DNA of 63,944 bases, the filler included, from Intoshia linei (taxonomy: Eukaryota; Animalia; Orthonectida): NCBI GenBank assembly GCA_001642005.1. It is 5 parts of 5 records of this genome, joined end to end, with 100 filler letters (N's around TTAATTAATTAA, not from the genome) between each part and the next. Parts side by side here need not be neighbours in the genome. Positions count along the whole stretch, not along the records: positions 1 to 20,225 come from LWCA01000692.1; 4 more parts are not named here. One strand, given 5' to 3'. The notes beneath the pieces were generated by a model. That model was not told the DNA's origin. It searched no databases and saw only the letters and a list, made by a program, of their open reading frames with translations. This document shows positions 1 through 14,379 of the stretch, piece after piece (the stretch's first letter is position 1; every line of letters starts with the position of its first letter). The position numbers and the translations under genes were made by a program.

Positions 1-839
1 TTTATATAGAAAATAAAATTTCGACGTTCGTTAAATGAAATATTCGTTAAATGAGATTTTGACTGTATTAATATAAACTCATTTGCCCATTTTATTTTTT
101 TATGATTTTTAATAGATATTAAATATTATTTTTAACTTTATTTTATTTCTATAAATAATATACAAATAATATTATACGTAACTATAAAATTTTTTATGGA
201 CCGCAAAAAACTGATGTAAACCCCGTTGAGAATGGTTGGTATATAGCAATTCGTCATGTATTATTCAAAAAATCATAATAACAAGAAATATGGCCATTTC
301 ATTATTTTTATTTAAAGAAAATAAATTCTGTTAACAATGGTGTTACTATGAGAGAAATTCCATATTAACTTAATAACAACCTAGACTGTATGATGGTTTC
401 AATTATTTTATCGTGTCGGCAATTAGTATTGAACTTTTTTATAAAATGGACTGGAAATTGCGCAGTATCCTTATAATTATATTTATAATTTACTGAAAAT
501 GTTTATTTATTTGATTGTTATAATCGTATTAGGGGTAACTGTATACATAATTACAAATTATTGTTTTTGAAATTTTATTGATTCAATTTGGTTTGTTTAT
601 TGTTGGTAATAATTTTGCGATGAAAAAGAATTATGTTAAATCATTGTTTCTCAAAGGGGCGGACCCTGTGGACCACGTATTGTAGTTGCTGATTCTCTGG
701 TATTGATATTATTTGTTATTACACTGGTTTTTTTCGTTTAAGTATTACTTTCAGAATTTACCATTCCCTACTTATCAATTTGAGTGTACTCGTCATGTGC
801 ATATTTGAGAAACCCTGAACTGAGTATTATAATTATACT

Positions 840-1740
840 TAACTTGATTTTATACTTTGACAGTTTTTGAAAATCAGAAGGGGTATCAGTGATAAAAAAA
901 CCAAATAAATTAGTTTATGAGATTGAAACCTATATTTTTGTATTTGAAATATTTATACGGTCAATTGAAATTTTTTTTGCATGTTTAAATTTTCTTTTTT
1001 AATTTTAATTTAAAAAATTTGAAAAATATTGGATGATAATGTATTAAAAGTTATTTTTCACCGGGAATGCGTAGATTTATGGGTTGAAATTTTGTATTTA
1101 TATCAACTGGAATAAGCTGTATTAGAATAATTATTTTCTTTTAAATTGTAGGACTTAATTATTTCAAATTGTTTTAAAATTCTTTGTTTTACAATAGTTT
1201 CGAAATAAAAAAAAATGAATACTATAATGCTTTTTTGACCGTGAAGGCGTCACTTTAAATTAAAATCAGATTAAAATTTTTTGTGTGTGTTAACTGTATA
1301 TATCTTTATCATCTGTAATTTATTATAAAATTCTAAGGCTGTTTTTATTTAAAAAGGATAATCCGTGGTTTTGATCGTGAAAATGATCTTTTTTGATGTT
1401 TTCATTTATGATTATGCTTATGATTTTAAAACTTATCCCAGAATGTATGTTTTATAAAATTTTAGGAATTAGGATTATTAAAAAAAAGAGTAATTTGTGA
1501 TCATGAAGATGTAAGTTTGTGAGACTGAGAATTGCGACAACAATAATGATTTTAAAGAGCATCCCAGAATGTATGTTTTTTAAAATTCTACGGCTGATTT
1601 TATTATTATAAAAAAGGTTTTAGATAGGTTTTTGACCCTAAAGAACTCAATATCTGAAAATTAAACACATAACATAAACTACATAAAAACATGACGCTTG
1701 AAAATAACCATTAGAAATGGAGATTTTTTAGATTCTAGTA
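840..1740 (-). mobile_element. Copy of the abundant modular Helitron-like repeat family (internal/distal part)
   Basis: Shares CACCGGGAATGCGTAGATTT..GGGTTGAA with ~38200 and, in reverse, ~57850. Carries four degenerate ~130-bp modules starting with TTTTGAYCNTRAAR (~1233, 1368, 1494, 1629). Ends are approximate. Confidence 0.65.
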
Positions 1741-1963
1741 CTGTCAGACTGATTTTTTAAATAAACGATGACACATACATTCAATTTTCTATACGTAAAT
1801 AACAATGTTTTCAAATTAAAGGTGGTTTTCAGATTTTTTGTCATGTGGTCCACGGCAAAAAAATTGGTAATCACTAATCTACACTTCAGTATATAATAAA
1901 TTTAGAATTTTTTGCTTATGCCAATTTTTGATATTAGCCTGTGGAAACAAAAAAATCAATCCA

Positions 1964-2476
1964 ATGTATGATGATTACGTTAAATTTCGTAGTTCAACAA
2001 TATTGGGAGTATCTATTCAAAATTTGCAAAATAATTTATTAATCGCTCCAAACATTAATATTTTTTTGCGTGTACTGATTTCATTTATTTCATTATTATT
2101 TTATCCTCCATTTAGATTTTTATGTTACATGATTAACAAAAAATCTATTAAAAAATATTATAGAACTACTTCATTTACATTTCAATATAAATTGCAATAT
2201 CTTATTATTGAAATAATTATATATCAATTTTTGTTACCTATAACAGAAATTTATCTATTTTATGATACAAATATAAATGAAAAAGATTTTTCTTCTACTT
2301 CCGATATAATATTTTCAATAATGTATTTTTTTATTTTCTATTACATATAAGAAAAATATTATTACCATTACGGACATGTATCTAAAAATGGAAAAACTTT
2401 GTTTATATATACTGTTCTAACTTATTTGTATTGTTACTACAATTATGCGTTGGAAAATATTGTATACTATCGTTAA
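1964..2476 (+). pseudogene. Hydrophobic ORF of unknown function with one in-frame TAA
   Basis: ATG at 1964 and several hydrophobic segments. After TAA 2348-2350 the frame stays open for 41 codons (EKYYYHYGHVSKNGKTLFIYTVLTYLYCYY...) to TAA 2474-2476. No family recognised. Confidence 0.3.
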
Positions 2477-2827
2477 ATGTCTTTAATATCAAATAAATAT
2501 TATTAATATATTGTACATTTAAGTTACAGTAGTTTTTATAATTTAGATATTATTAATGAATGATCAACCCCTACACTTTTATAATCAAATTTGTGAGAAA
2601 GTCGTTAAAAAGTTAGAAAATGCTGTTCTGTGATATTTGTGAATTATTAATATATTAATTATAATTAATTAATTCATTCATTCATAAATTTACAGTCGAT
2701 CAATATGACTTTGATAGTCCCTGGTCTGATGTATACATTAAAAATAATTATATAAACAGTACACGTACGTGGATATTTACGTTTATTTGTACAATAAAAT
2801 TTTACATTTGACCGTTGGTAACATTCT

Positions 2828-3155
2828 ATGAAAGAACAGACCCAAAAAAGTGAATCAAATGAAACTAACAAAGTTGAAGAAAAAAATCAAAAAAATTCCA
2901 TTAATTCAAGCGAACCACTCAAAAGTAACCGTAAATCAAGAAATACACAGATATCTCTTCAATGTTCAAAATGTAGAAATGTTATTCAGTCTAAAATTGT
3001 TTATGAGAACAGCGCACCAATTTACATGATGGCTTTATGTCTGGTTTTCAGGGTGTATATTTTATTGTTGGATACCATTTTTGATTAATCGACTGAAAGA
3101 CGTGTACCATCGTTGCCCAAATTGTAATTATCTAATCAATGTTTATCGATTTTGA
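2828..3155 (+). pseudogene. LITAF-domain protein paralogue with a frameshift
   Basis: QCSKC knuckle in the ORF. A frameshift at CTGGTTTTCAGGG (~3041-3053) restores SGCIFYCWIPFLINRLKDVYHRCPNCNYLINVYRF-TGA, closely matching the intact copy at 4039-4521. Confidence 0.85.
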
Positions 3156-4038
3156 AAGTAAAATATTTAGACATCTTACAAGTCATAAATAAACATACAT
3201 ATTTTGTATGTATAATTTTAGACTGCGTTTTTAGATTTAGATTTTTTTATTTACTTTTATTATTTATATTAATTTACACTTTTGGTGTTAACATTCTAAT
3301 GTGGATTTTTTAAATTAAATTATCTATAATTTAAAAATCCGGTTTCAAAGGTTGATTTATTTTTAAAAATTTTTTTTTTTGAAAAAAGCCAACATTTTGC
3401 TTTGGTTACAAAAGTTTTCAATAAAATCATTTAACAAAAATAATAATTATAAAAACGATTTTTATGAATTCATGCAGGGTTTCGAAGTAAGAAATATGGG
3501 TAAAAATCTATATAATTCATTCCTTCGCAATTTTTTTCATTGCTACGCAATTTTTAAATTTCAAATTTTCATTTTCAAAACATTTTTATAGAAAATAATT
3601 TAAATAGAAACCATAACAACTTTGTTAATATCATTTTTATATGTATTACAATCCTTTGCAATATTGGTAAAATGAAGATTCGGTTAATTATTGATACATA
3701 ATTATTATTTTTAAGTATTTATTAAATTGGTACTAAATATATATCATCACATTGAAAATGACAAAATATTAAAAAAATAATTAATTAATTTCAGTTTGTA
3801 AAAATGAATTTTTGGATAAAATAGATTTTAATTAATTTTATTTGTAATATCTGGATGGTAAGTAATATAATTTGCAAGCTTCTATTGTAAATAGTGTATT
3901 TATTGTTAGTTACGAAATGTCGCAAAGAGCGTAGTAATTGTTGGTGTAATTACTCTATTAATTCATTGAGTACATTATTCTCAATAAATAAACAACTGTT
4001 GTCAAGTTTACCTTTTGCTATAGTTTTAATTACAAAGA

Positions 4039-4521
4039 ATGAACACACCTTTACCTCCAAGTGAGGACAAACTAAATAACCAACCAGTTTATAAAACAGT
4101 CGATGAACAAAACAGAGATGCAATGAGGCATATAGTAACTCACGAACCTCCGCCATACTCAACGATGGAATTAAATTCAACCACGTATATCCCTCAAATC
4201 AACAACTTGGCTCCGACTACGTCTATCGCTCAGAATGATTTTTACCAACAACCAATAGCTATTGGTCAACCTGTTATAACTCGCGGTTCATCACTCAAAT
4301 TCAGACAGACTATGCGTACAAAATGTCCAAATTGTAAAAATGTTATAAATACTTGTATGGGATATGAAAGTGGAACAATTGTCTACATTTGTGCAATGAT
4401 TTTGTTTATTACAGGATGTTTTTTTTTATGTTGGTTACCCTTTTGCTTTAAGGATCTCAAAGATATTTATCATAGATGTCCAAATTGCAACTATCTTATT
4501 TCAATTAATCGATTCATGTGA
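4039..4521 (+). CDS. LITAF/CDIP1-family zinc-binding membrane protein, single exon
   Basis: PPPY motif, CPNC...hydrophobic stretch (GCFFLCWLPF)...KDIYHRCPNC: the canonical LITAF domain. Confidence 0.93.
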   Translation: MNTPLPPSEDKLNNQPVYKTVDEQNRDAMRHIVTHEPPPYSTMELNSTTYIPQINNLAPTTSIAQNDFYQQPIAIGQPVITRGSSLKFRQTMRTKCPNCKNVINTCMGYESGTIVYICAMILFITGCFFLCWLPFCFKDLKDIYHRCPNCNYLISINRFM

Positions 4522-4568
4522 ATGTTTCAAATTATTGTAAAATTTATTAAATGTGCTTAATTAATTAA

Positions 4569-7500
4569 TTAATCATGGTAAATTTTTTTTTCTAAAATCT
4601 TGATTTGTTGCTTTTCGTAATCCTGTAAAATTCTTACTTTTGATGGTAAATCAGGTATCAATATTCTTACCAATAACGTCAATACTGCTATCGCATTCTA
4701 AACGAAATTTTAGTTTTTTACTACTAAACTAAATCAAATGACTTATTTGAATTTAACTTATGCTAAATATTTTAGAATATCTAGTTTATAGTTTTTAACA
4801 ATTACTTCAAATATCACAACAAATAATATTCTGTATAGTAGCATTTCCCAAAACATTGTATTGTTTTCATATTCTCCAGGTTTGGCTTCAAATTGATACG
4901 CCCGGAAGCTACACTTTACGATATTATTCATATTTAACACAATTTATAGTAGTTAAAAAGGAGGAAACGTTAGGGTTGGGATTTTTTCAAATAATAAATT
5001 ACCTACATTCTGTTACGTTTTGAATGATTGGATTGATTGGCTTCATACTTGGAAGAAAGTTTTTTACGTCAAACTTTACTAACGTGGAAGCGATGTATCC
5101 AGTTAAAGTATGGTTATTTGATATTTTTGTTTGGTAAACGATTTTTGGTATGATATCTGATGTAAATGCTATCAGACAAGCCTACATTAAAAAAGATATT
5201 ATTGATAAAATGTACATTTACGTTGATAATAATTCCAGCATATGTTACATTGTTTATTATAGTATTCCAAGCTCCTAGTGTTATTATTAATATTTATAAT
5301 GGTGAACCGTACCAATACTTTGAGCCTTTCGCGCTATCGGACGTCTGCATTCGTACAACATTTTTTTTGCATCAAGTCTTGTTTCAATAAAATTATTGAT
5401 TAATGCACAAAGACCTGCCAAAGGAAACGCAATAGAAAACATGACAATAAATCCATATTGAATAACTAAACTATATTATTGAAAAAAATTGATACACGAA
5501 CTTAAGAACAGTTTTTAGCATTTTAAAGTTGATTAAATAATTTATTATTTAAAAATGAAACCAATAAATCAATGGCTCTTGATTTGGGTCCCTGAACCCC
5601 CTGAGGGTTCAAAACTATAAGCCTGGGTCAGTGAGATTCAAATAAAATATAGAAAAATTTTCATCAACTTTTGTTTGTTTTTATAGGAGAATTTTTAATA
5701 TAAATGTATATTATATACAGTCAGACTTGTGGATAATGAACATTTGGTTCGGAATTTTTTTAATGTTCACTATAAAAAAATAATAAACAATGAAAATGAC
5801 AGTGAAATGAAACATTATTAATCATGAATCTAAGTTTATTTTCTATATAAGTCAAGTTAGTATAGTAATATCAGTTAATTTCACTATTTGTTCACTATCA
5901 ACAAGTCTGAATGTATCCCAAAGCCTAGTCAATCGCTACATTATTATTTCAAAAATTCCACTTTTATCCCACCATTAATAAAATTTAATAAAAAATACCA
6001 TTTCACAAACTCTCAGGGAAAAATCGACTTTTTCCTTTTGAAATTTTTTGAAAAACACGATTTTATACGATTTTATTTTACGATTTTAAAATCTTATTAG
6101 AAAAATCTACTTAATCAAATCACAAAATTTAAAATCCAATTTTACGAACCCTTAAAAGAAATATTTCCATTTTTCATATATTTTTTTGAAAAACACGATT
6201 TTATCAAATCTTATGAGAAAACACTTTTATTCCAAACCAAAATAAAAATCAAATTTTACTAACGCCTGAAATATTCCCTTTTTCCAATATTTTTTAGAAA
6301 AATTAGATTTTACTAAAACTTATGAGCAACAACTTCGTAATCAAACCACTAAATAAAAAATCCAATTTTATCAACCCATAAGGGAAAAATCCCTTTTTTC
6401 CAATATTTTTTTGATAAACACTATTTTACGATTTAAAAATATTTTTAAATCTAACCTGTAATCTTTTCATAAATGAATGTTATGAATAAAATATTACATG
6501 TTTCCTTTATGTTCCAAAAAAATAAATATTTATAAATGTGGGTCCGTACACTATTTGAATTAGAAACCATTGCAATAAACACTAAAGTTTCCTGGAACAG
6601 AGTTATGAAAAAGAATGTAGTATTTAAATTTAATTTGAATTTGAATACACTTAAAATTTAATAAAATAAATTATTAATTAATTATTATTATTTTTTTTAT
6701 TATTTTATGAATTATTATTGTTTATTATTTTTTTTAATTTTATTTTATTTAATTTAAATTAAAATGAACATCTACCCATTTCCAAATATTCTGGAAACAA
6801 ACTAAGTTCATCTGTCGCAGGCAAATAAAATTCATCAATCCAGCTCATTTCTCTCATAACCTTCTTGTGATAAATTCTGTTGAATTTGCTTTTAATGAAT
6901 CTATAAAATACATAAAATGTATATTCCGTAATACAATATAGTTTCATATTAATGATTAATCTGATATTGTGATTCACAAACAATGGTTAAAATATACATA
7001 AAAATAATATTTCTTATGATAATTTATAGTATATACATTAGGGTGGACAATATTTCAGAGTTCATTGAAAATTTTAATTTTAGGTGAAATTTGACAAGTT
7101 TGCATTAACTTTATACTACAAACTGTAGTGTTCGATGACACACAAAACCCAATCAAAAAGTAATTTAATTAAGTTTGGTTTAGCAAGCGAATAATGATGT
7201 TCTTAATTTTTTATTTTCTCTAGGAAAAATTCATTTTTTCAATTTTCTCATTCATACGCAAATGCATCCCAAATTTTAAAAGTCAACATTGATTTTGTCA
7301 AGTTTTGGTTGATTTTGAAATTCTCAAATTATAAAATTAAATATTACAATTTTGATTATTTGATATTTTCAATTTTGGGTGTAAATACTCCCAACTTATA
7401 TAAAGCATATATGAAGTATATAATAATAGTAGAATGAAGTAAAATAAAAAATTGAGAATTTTTTGTATTATAAAAAAAAGTAGTCGATTGATTATGATTT

Positions 7501-10500
7501 CACCCCTCTAACCACAAATTAGACTGTATCATTTACTTACATAAAATTGAATATCAGTTTATTATTACAAGACGCCCCTGGGTTTACCTACATATATTGA
7601 AAGAATTACGGAATAAAAAGTTGTTTAAGGCTATTAATAATTTGTTTACCGACCATAACAATTATAATTTGTATTGTAACATCTACCATGCATCCACTTA
7701 TTTCACACTATTAATGATGAATAATAAAATATAAATAAAAAGCAAAAATTTCATTACTTGACCCAATTCATAATTTTGAAATATAAAAAAATTTTTATTT
7801 GGATTTTGATATCTAAAATTGAAATATTTAATTGAATTTTAATTTAATTTACGGTGCTTTTAAAAAGGCTATATAAAATATCATGGCGTAAAAATTGATA
7901 AACTGGAACATGTACATTTTATAGGTATAGCTGTTCAGAAAAGCAGAATCAGTTCGATGCTTTTCTAAAATTATATATCAATATTAACATCGTTATTAAT
8001 GATCAATGATCATTAATCATTTCTATAATTCATTTTTTAAAAGACATATATAGTATTCAGAATACTAATAAGTGGACTCAAATAATTTTTTTGTATATTA
8101 GAGAAACAATAATTATACACCGTATATCCTACTGTTAATTTTAATTTGAAATTTTTTTGGTACCTTGGTCAATTGTTAAACCTCTGTTGATAAAATAACT
8201 TTTATTAAATGTTTTATAGATATATATAGCCTATTGAATTGAATTGAATTGTAGAAAGAATACAGTACTCTAAAATACCTAAATTTGTCAAATACAGTGC
8301 GATTCGTTTATATATCTGTGTAAATGAAATTAATAAATATTTTTCTAAACTGTAAATAAAATGTTATGCTCTGTACCTGTTCAAGTATGACAATGACAAA
8401 TAAGTTGATAAATCCAGCTGTAACAGATGTTGCCAGCTTGGCAAATGAGTTACTATCAAGTAATTTGCTCTTAGAATTTAAACTTTGATAAATTTTTCTA
8501 ATTACAACGATGCGATACACAATCACTCCAAACAAACAAGATAGAACAATGCTTATCTATTTAATAATATTAATACTGTACCAACAAGTTCAATTACCAA
8601 AAATACTATTGTGACATATGATATAGAAAAAAAACAAATCTTTTTATGGAAAGGCAAATAAACATCCATTTCCTAAATTTGTTTAAAAATACAATATTAT
8701 CGATTATAATTATTTATATCAACTTGTATTACATTTGTCACAATATTTTTTTGTTTATACTTGACTCCGTATTGAAAATTAACTCTGAGTTTCTATAATT
8801 TGAAAATTTAACATAACACTAAAAATATATTCAATTATGGTGTAAAAATTACTTCATTTTGAGAATAATTGTGTACCCGCCACCTATACGAGGTAACATT
8901 TTGTTTTCGTTTCCACAGTTCACAAAAAATAGTAGCTATGTTTGAAAGTTATTACTATTATTGTTCATAAAGAGTTTACCCCAAATGGAAACAAAACAAG
9001 CATAAAATAATGTAGCGTAATTGTCATATATGTGAATTAATTTTGCAAATTTACATTCTGCCTTTAAATAAAAATATCCGCATCTCTTTGGACATTTTGG
9101 GCACATTATTGTGTTAGATATTTCATCAAAACATATATTATTACTAAATGCGTTATTTTAGGTATTAATAATATATCATTATTATACTCAGTATTTCACA
9201 GCCATGTTGGAGTGTTTTACGAGACATTACCTGTTAAAAAAAAATATAAAAAAAATGTAAAGTTTTTTATTTTTTTCCATATACAAATACAAAATGTAGA
9301 GAATTTAAATAATAAATAATAAAATCACACCATATAAGTTAAGTTATAAGTTACACTGAATAAATAAATATAATTTACATTAATGCAATGTAAATATAAT
9401 TATTATTAAAATTTACCTCGGAATATCTCCAACAGATGTAATTATTCCATAAATGAAACATGCAAATCCAATTATTGAAAGTGGTATTAACATTAATGTG
9501 TAATATTGAAGCCAGGTAAAGTAAAATCCAATTTTTTCACCAAAATATTTTCTGAATTAATTCTTTTATTAGTGTTGAATATTTTTTTGTTTTTTACTTT
9601 GTACAAAAGACTGAGGAAAGCGTACGTTTTTAGTTACATCTTTTTACATGCCATTAAAGGCGAACTTTAATTTGAGCGACACATCTTAGACGACATAATC
9701 GTAGATTTTGCTAATTTATCATATTATTGACCTTTTGACCAAAATTTTAAGGGTAAATTTTTTTCATTTAACTTTTAAAGATACTGAAGATAATTTGGTC
9801 TCAAAATTTGAGAGGGTTTTTAAGACAATATTTTCAAAATTTGAAGGAATCTTCAAAATCCTCAAAACCCTTTAAAATTGGGTCAAAAAATCAATAATAA
9901 ATTAGTATAATTGATTATTATGTTGCTCTAAGTAGTGGTTCACAAAGTGGTCCACTGATGGTTCACAGTAAATTCTAATAATTCAAAACAAAAATTTTAA
10001 ATAAAATGAAGATATCCTTTTTTTACAATAAAATTAGATTATTCATTATCGATATATTATTTATTATTATTATTATTAGTGAACGTAAACATTATTTTAT
10101 CAAAATAAAGTAAAATTTTACTGAATAATGTGATTAATTTTCACGTGCTTTTAATTTAACCTATGTCACGATTTAACTTAGTTCGATAGTAGTTCCCAGA
10201 GCCAATTCTAACAAACTCGTGGCCAAAATTGGATTTTTATTTTGTGGTTAGAATAAGAGATTTGGTAAAAATATATTTTTTCAAAAAAATGTTGGAAAAA
10301 GTGTATTTTTCCCTTAAGGGTTGATAAAAACATATTTTTTAAAAAAATATTGATAAAAGTCGATTTTCTACTGATGATTTGATATTGTATTTTTTATTAA
10401 ATTTTATTAATGGTTTCATAAAAGGGGGATTTTTGAAATAATATTGAAAGTGTCTTCTAGGCTTTAGGATAAATTCCCAACATCTGGCAACTCTGTAATA

Positions 10501-12968
10501 AACATCAAAAAATCTCCTATAAAAATAAACAAAAGTTGATACCATTTTAGTAATAAGAACTTAATACTTACTATTAAGAAGTATCCAAAATGAATACTCT
10601 ATTTCCACTTTATTACTTTTTATTTTAACATTCTTCTTAAATCAATATTTTTAAAATAATTTTTGAAATACAGTATTCTTTATACAATTAGCAATTCTTG
10701 GTATTTAGAAAAAGTTGGCGAGATAGAGAATTTAAAGTTATAAAAATAGCAAATAAAACCTTAAAATTATAAGTTAAATTGCAATAAAATGTAAATTGTA
10801 ATACAAAATAATTTAACTTATTTTGAAAAATGGTTGTAAAACTTTTAGTTTATATTTTAAATTAATGTTAATTAAACTTAATTTAAATTAAAATAATTAA
10901 ATTAAGCGAGTTGTGGAGAGAATACTGTATTTAAAATTGGTAAAATATTGGTTTTTTAAACATTTAGTACTTTCCTAAAGTAGTAAGGATTATATATGCT
11001 CAAAACAATGATTATATGGTTACCTAACCAAATCCAAAGGCTGATAAATGTTGAAAATTTTACGCCAATTTGCCCATGCTCTTTTCAGTCTCTATAAATT
11101 ATAATACACGTATACAATAAATTATTGTATTACACGTGTATTATGTTAACCATATTTTATATATATTTTTGTTCATTTTTACTATTTTGATTATTTGATT
11201 ATTGTGAATTAAAATTAAAGGTCAGAGCAAATTATCAAAATTTAAATTTTTCTACTTAAAAATTGTACGACTTTTCGAAATTTCAAATTTATCGAAAAAT
11301 CGCAACTATTACGAGTCATAATCAATTGGTAATAAGATTTTTTCTACTAAATCATAATTTATCGAGCTATAAAATAGATTAAAAAGGCCGCAAGCCGTCT
11401 TCACGTTTTTCTCACACATTACATCCTTACTTATATAATATGCTATGCAATATTTGTTTGTAGGTGTGTGTTACCGTTTATTTAAATAACTAACAGTCTT
11501 AGAATTTTATAAAGTTTACAATTTAATTACAGTTTTTTCCGGGTGTTAGCAAAATACACTTCAACCTCCCAAACTCACATCTTACGGGTCAAAAAGCCCA
11601 ATCTCCTTTTTTTTGAAAATCAAACGAGTTAGAGAATTTAAAAAAATATATATTCTGATACGGAATTACTATAATAAATATTATCATAAATTTAAATTTA
11701 AACAAAATATATCTTCAAGACCAAAATCCCAAATTACCTTTTTTTTAATGAAAATATCCCTAGAATTTAAAAAAATGTACAGGTGGTACAGTTGTATCCT
11801 GTTAACAGTGTATGTATAATATACATTCAATATTGATAATTACTTGTTTATCACTTGTGATGGGTGTATATGAAGATGAAATATTTTTAATTGTTGGACA
11901 AACCTAATATTAATACATAATACAATGATATAATAATACTAATAATAAAATTAACCTCGTGTACAGCATAGTATCCATCAAATATACTATTTTTGATCAA
12001 CGCGTCAATGCCTAAAAATGTCGATGATATTAAATGGTAAACAGTATAATTAATTTAAAAATTGCCAATTTTGTTGCTAGCATCCTTTGTACGTTCCAGA
12101 ACTTCATACAATAACAAATTTCGTTCTCCACTGTTAAAATAGTTTTTCCGAATAATGTTATTGTCGGCATCAACTGTGTGGAAACTAATTTTTCGTACAA
12201 ATTTAAACAGGTGCATTTTTATTTTGTGAAATATTTCAAAAATTTCAAAAATATTTTGAATAAATTTGACGCTAACAAAAAAAATTTTTAATGTAAGTGA
12301 TTTTTCAATTTAATTAATCTCAGTTTGTACAAATTGCAAAAATGAAAATAATTACATGTTGTTATAATCGGATTTATATGGATATGTAAGAGATATTTCC
12401 GTTTTTTCAATAATGTCAGGGGAGGAACAAAATATTTCAAGAGTATTATGAGATTCTGTTAATTCGTTCATACGTTTGTGCAGTAAGTCATTATTGTGCT
12501 GGATTGGTTTGTGTATTTTTTTGTATTCGGCTTCCCGACATAAAAGTTCCCATGTAGCATGCAATTTATAAAACGTTATAATTTTCTAAATAGATTAGTC
12601 AATTAATTATCAACATTTTATTAATTTTGACAATACTTTTCATTTTTGTAAAATATAAAAAACGTAACAAAATTTTAAAAATTACTCAACATTTGATTAT
12701 TAAATTTACGATTTACATTGTTTTCAGTTTCTTGGTACTCTTCAACATCTACATTTAAAGATTTTAGATTATCAATAAAACAATTTCTATCGAGAGCATT
12801 ATCGTCATATTCATCACCGTCTCCAATTTTGTAGATTACAATGTCAATACACCTAAACCCATCATCAAACATTTCTTTTTCCTTACAGTTTGACTAGTTT
12901 AACAAGTTAATATTTTCAATTTTTACATCAATAAACCAGTAGCTTTTTAGTTTGGTAACATTCTCCAT
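4569..12968 (-). CDS. Anoctamin / TMEM16 family Ca2+-activated channel or scramblase, multi-exon
   Basis: Spliced translation gives [124 protein letters not shown] and LIPDLP. ATG at 12968, first intron 33 nt (12894-12926), TAA at 4569-4571. Confidence 0.93.
5718..5913. mobile_element. Tc1/pogo-type MITE in an anoctamin intron
   Basis: Imperfect TIRs CAGTCAGACTTGTGGATAATGAAC / GTTCACTATCAACAAGTCTGAATG, flanked by TA on both sides. Confidence 0.75.
5930..6440. repeat. Dispersed repeat built of ~30-bp degenerate subunits (ATTTTAYCAACCCTTAAGGRAAAA-like)
   Basis: Related copies at ~10200-10495 (reverse), ~24995-25378, ~46330-46510 and ~52060-52350. Confidence 0.6.
10671..10927. mobile_element. 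Tc1/pogo-type MITE
   Basis: TA|CAGTATTCT...AGAATACTG|TA terminal inverted repeats. Confidence 0.65.
11424..11810 (+). mobile_element. Helitron-like non-autonomous element, terminal copy
   Basis: Starts A|TCCTTACTTATATAATATGC, then a GTTT/GT microsatellite-like tract and the family core CTTCAACCTCCCAAACTCACATCTTACGGGTCAAAAA. Confidence 0.7.
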
Positions 12969-13834
12969 TTTCGGTTACAGAAAAATACATTATTAAATTT
13001 CAACACCTTTTTTAGTTCAATAATTTAAGTTATATACTTATTATTGAAACAACTGTGTCAATATACTTTTGTTAGTTTATTAATATAGAATTATTCCTAT
13101 TTTGGTTTAAAAACATAAGTAAAATTCTGCAATAAAATACAATCAATAAGTCTGGAATACATTAAAATGTTTATTTATGGTTATCATTTAGATGCATACT
13201 GATTTATTATCATTATAGGTATGTAGATGGTAAGCAATCTAGTTATTTCAATGTCTATCATGATCCACCAAAAATATATTATAAAATGAACAATTTTTGC
13301 ATTTATACATGTCAGATTAGAAAGCCAAATAAAATTTTAAATTAAATTTTAAAATTATATAGTCCAGCGTTTCCCAAATGGCGGTTGGCGGACCAGTACT
13401 CTTCCACGTAATAATTTATTACGTTTTTAATCAATTTTTTTTAATGTTGCCTCGTAATTTTACTTTAATGGTCGGTAGTAAATTTTATAATTTATTACCG
13501 GTTCGCCGTGAAAAAATGTGGGATCCTGATATAGTCTAATTCAGCAGATAGTAACGCCGTGCTCATGAGCAACCCTTTTGACTTTATTTATTAATATTTG
13601 TTGGAATATACATTTTTTTTGATTGAAAGTATTTTAAAAAACCGAAAAAAACAAAACCTTATTTGAATAAAATCAGCCCAAAATTTACAATTAATTTAAA
13701 TTAAAAAAATAAAAAATATTACCTGATGTGTTATAGTCAAAAGTAGATATTTTAACTAAAATGTTTAATGTTTTAATATGTAAAAATAACAAGCATATGT
13801 AATTATGGTTTGGATGTGATTTAAACTAACATTT

Positions 13835-14248
13835 TTTAATGAAATTTTTTGTATGTGTTAACAAGATTCAACTGTACCACTTGTAAATTTTTTTAAATTC
13901 TAGACTTGTTTTCATTAAAAAAAGAATGGTAATTTGGGGTTTTGGCCCTGAAAATATAATTTGTTTAAATTTAAATTTATAATAATGTGTATAATTTTAA
14001 AATCCGTATCAGCGTATATATTTTTTTAAATTCTCCAACTCGTTTGATTTTCAAAAAGAGGACAATTGGGGTTTTTGACCCGTAAGATGTGAGTTTGGGA
14101 GATTGAACTTTATTTTGCGAACACCCCGGAAAAAAATGTAAGTGAAATGTGGAATTTATAAAATTCTAACACAAATAGTTATTTAAATAAAGTGGAACAC
14201 ACATACACACACAAACAAAAATGGCGTAGCATATTATATAAGTAAGGA
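13835..14248 (-). mobile_element. Helitron-like family copy
   Basis: Reverse-complement match to 11424-11810, ending GCATATTATATAAGTAAGGA|T. Confidence 0.7.
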
Positions 14249-14379
14249 TATTATTGTTTTTACTTTTATATTCAGTATTTAATATATTCACTATTTTGAA
14301 ATACAAATGTACAAAGTATGACGAACGACATAGTATTTTTACTATATTTTTAAATTTTTTAGACGATTTATTTGTTTAC

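Noticed and set aside
12894-12926. In-frame TAG near the anoctamin start suggesting readthrough
   Set aside because: It is the AG of a 33-nt GT-AG intron.
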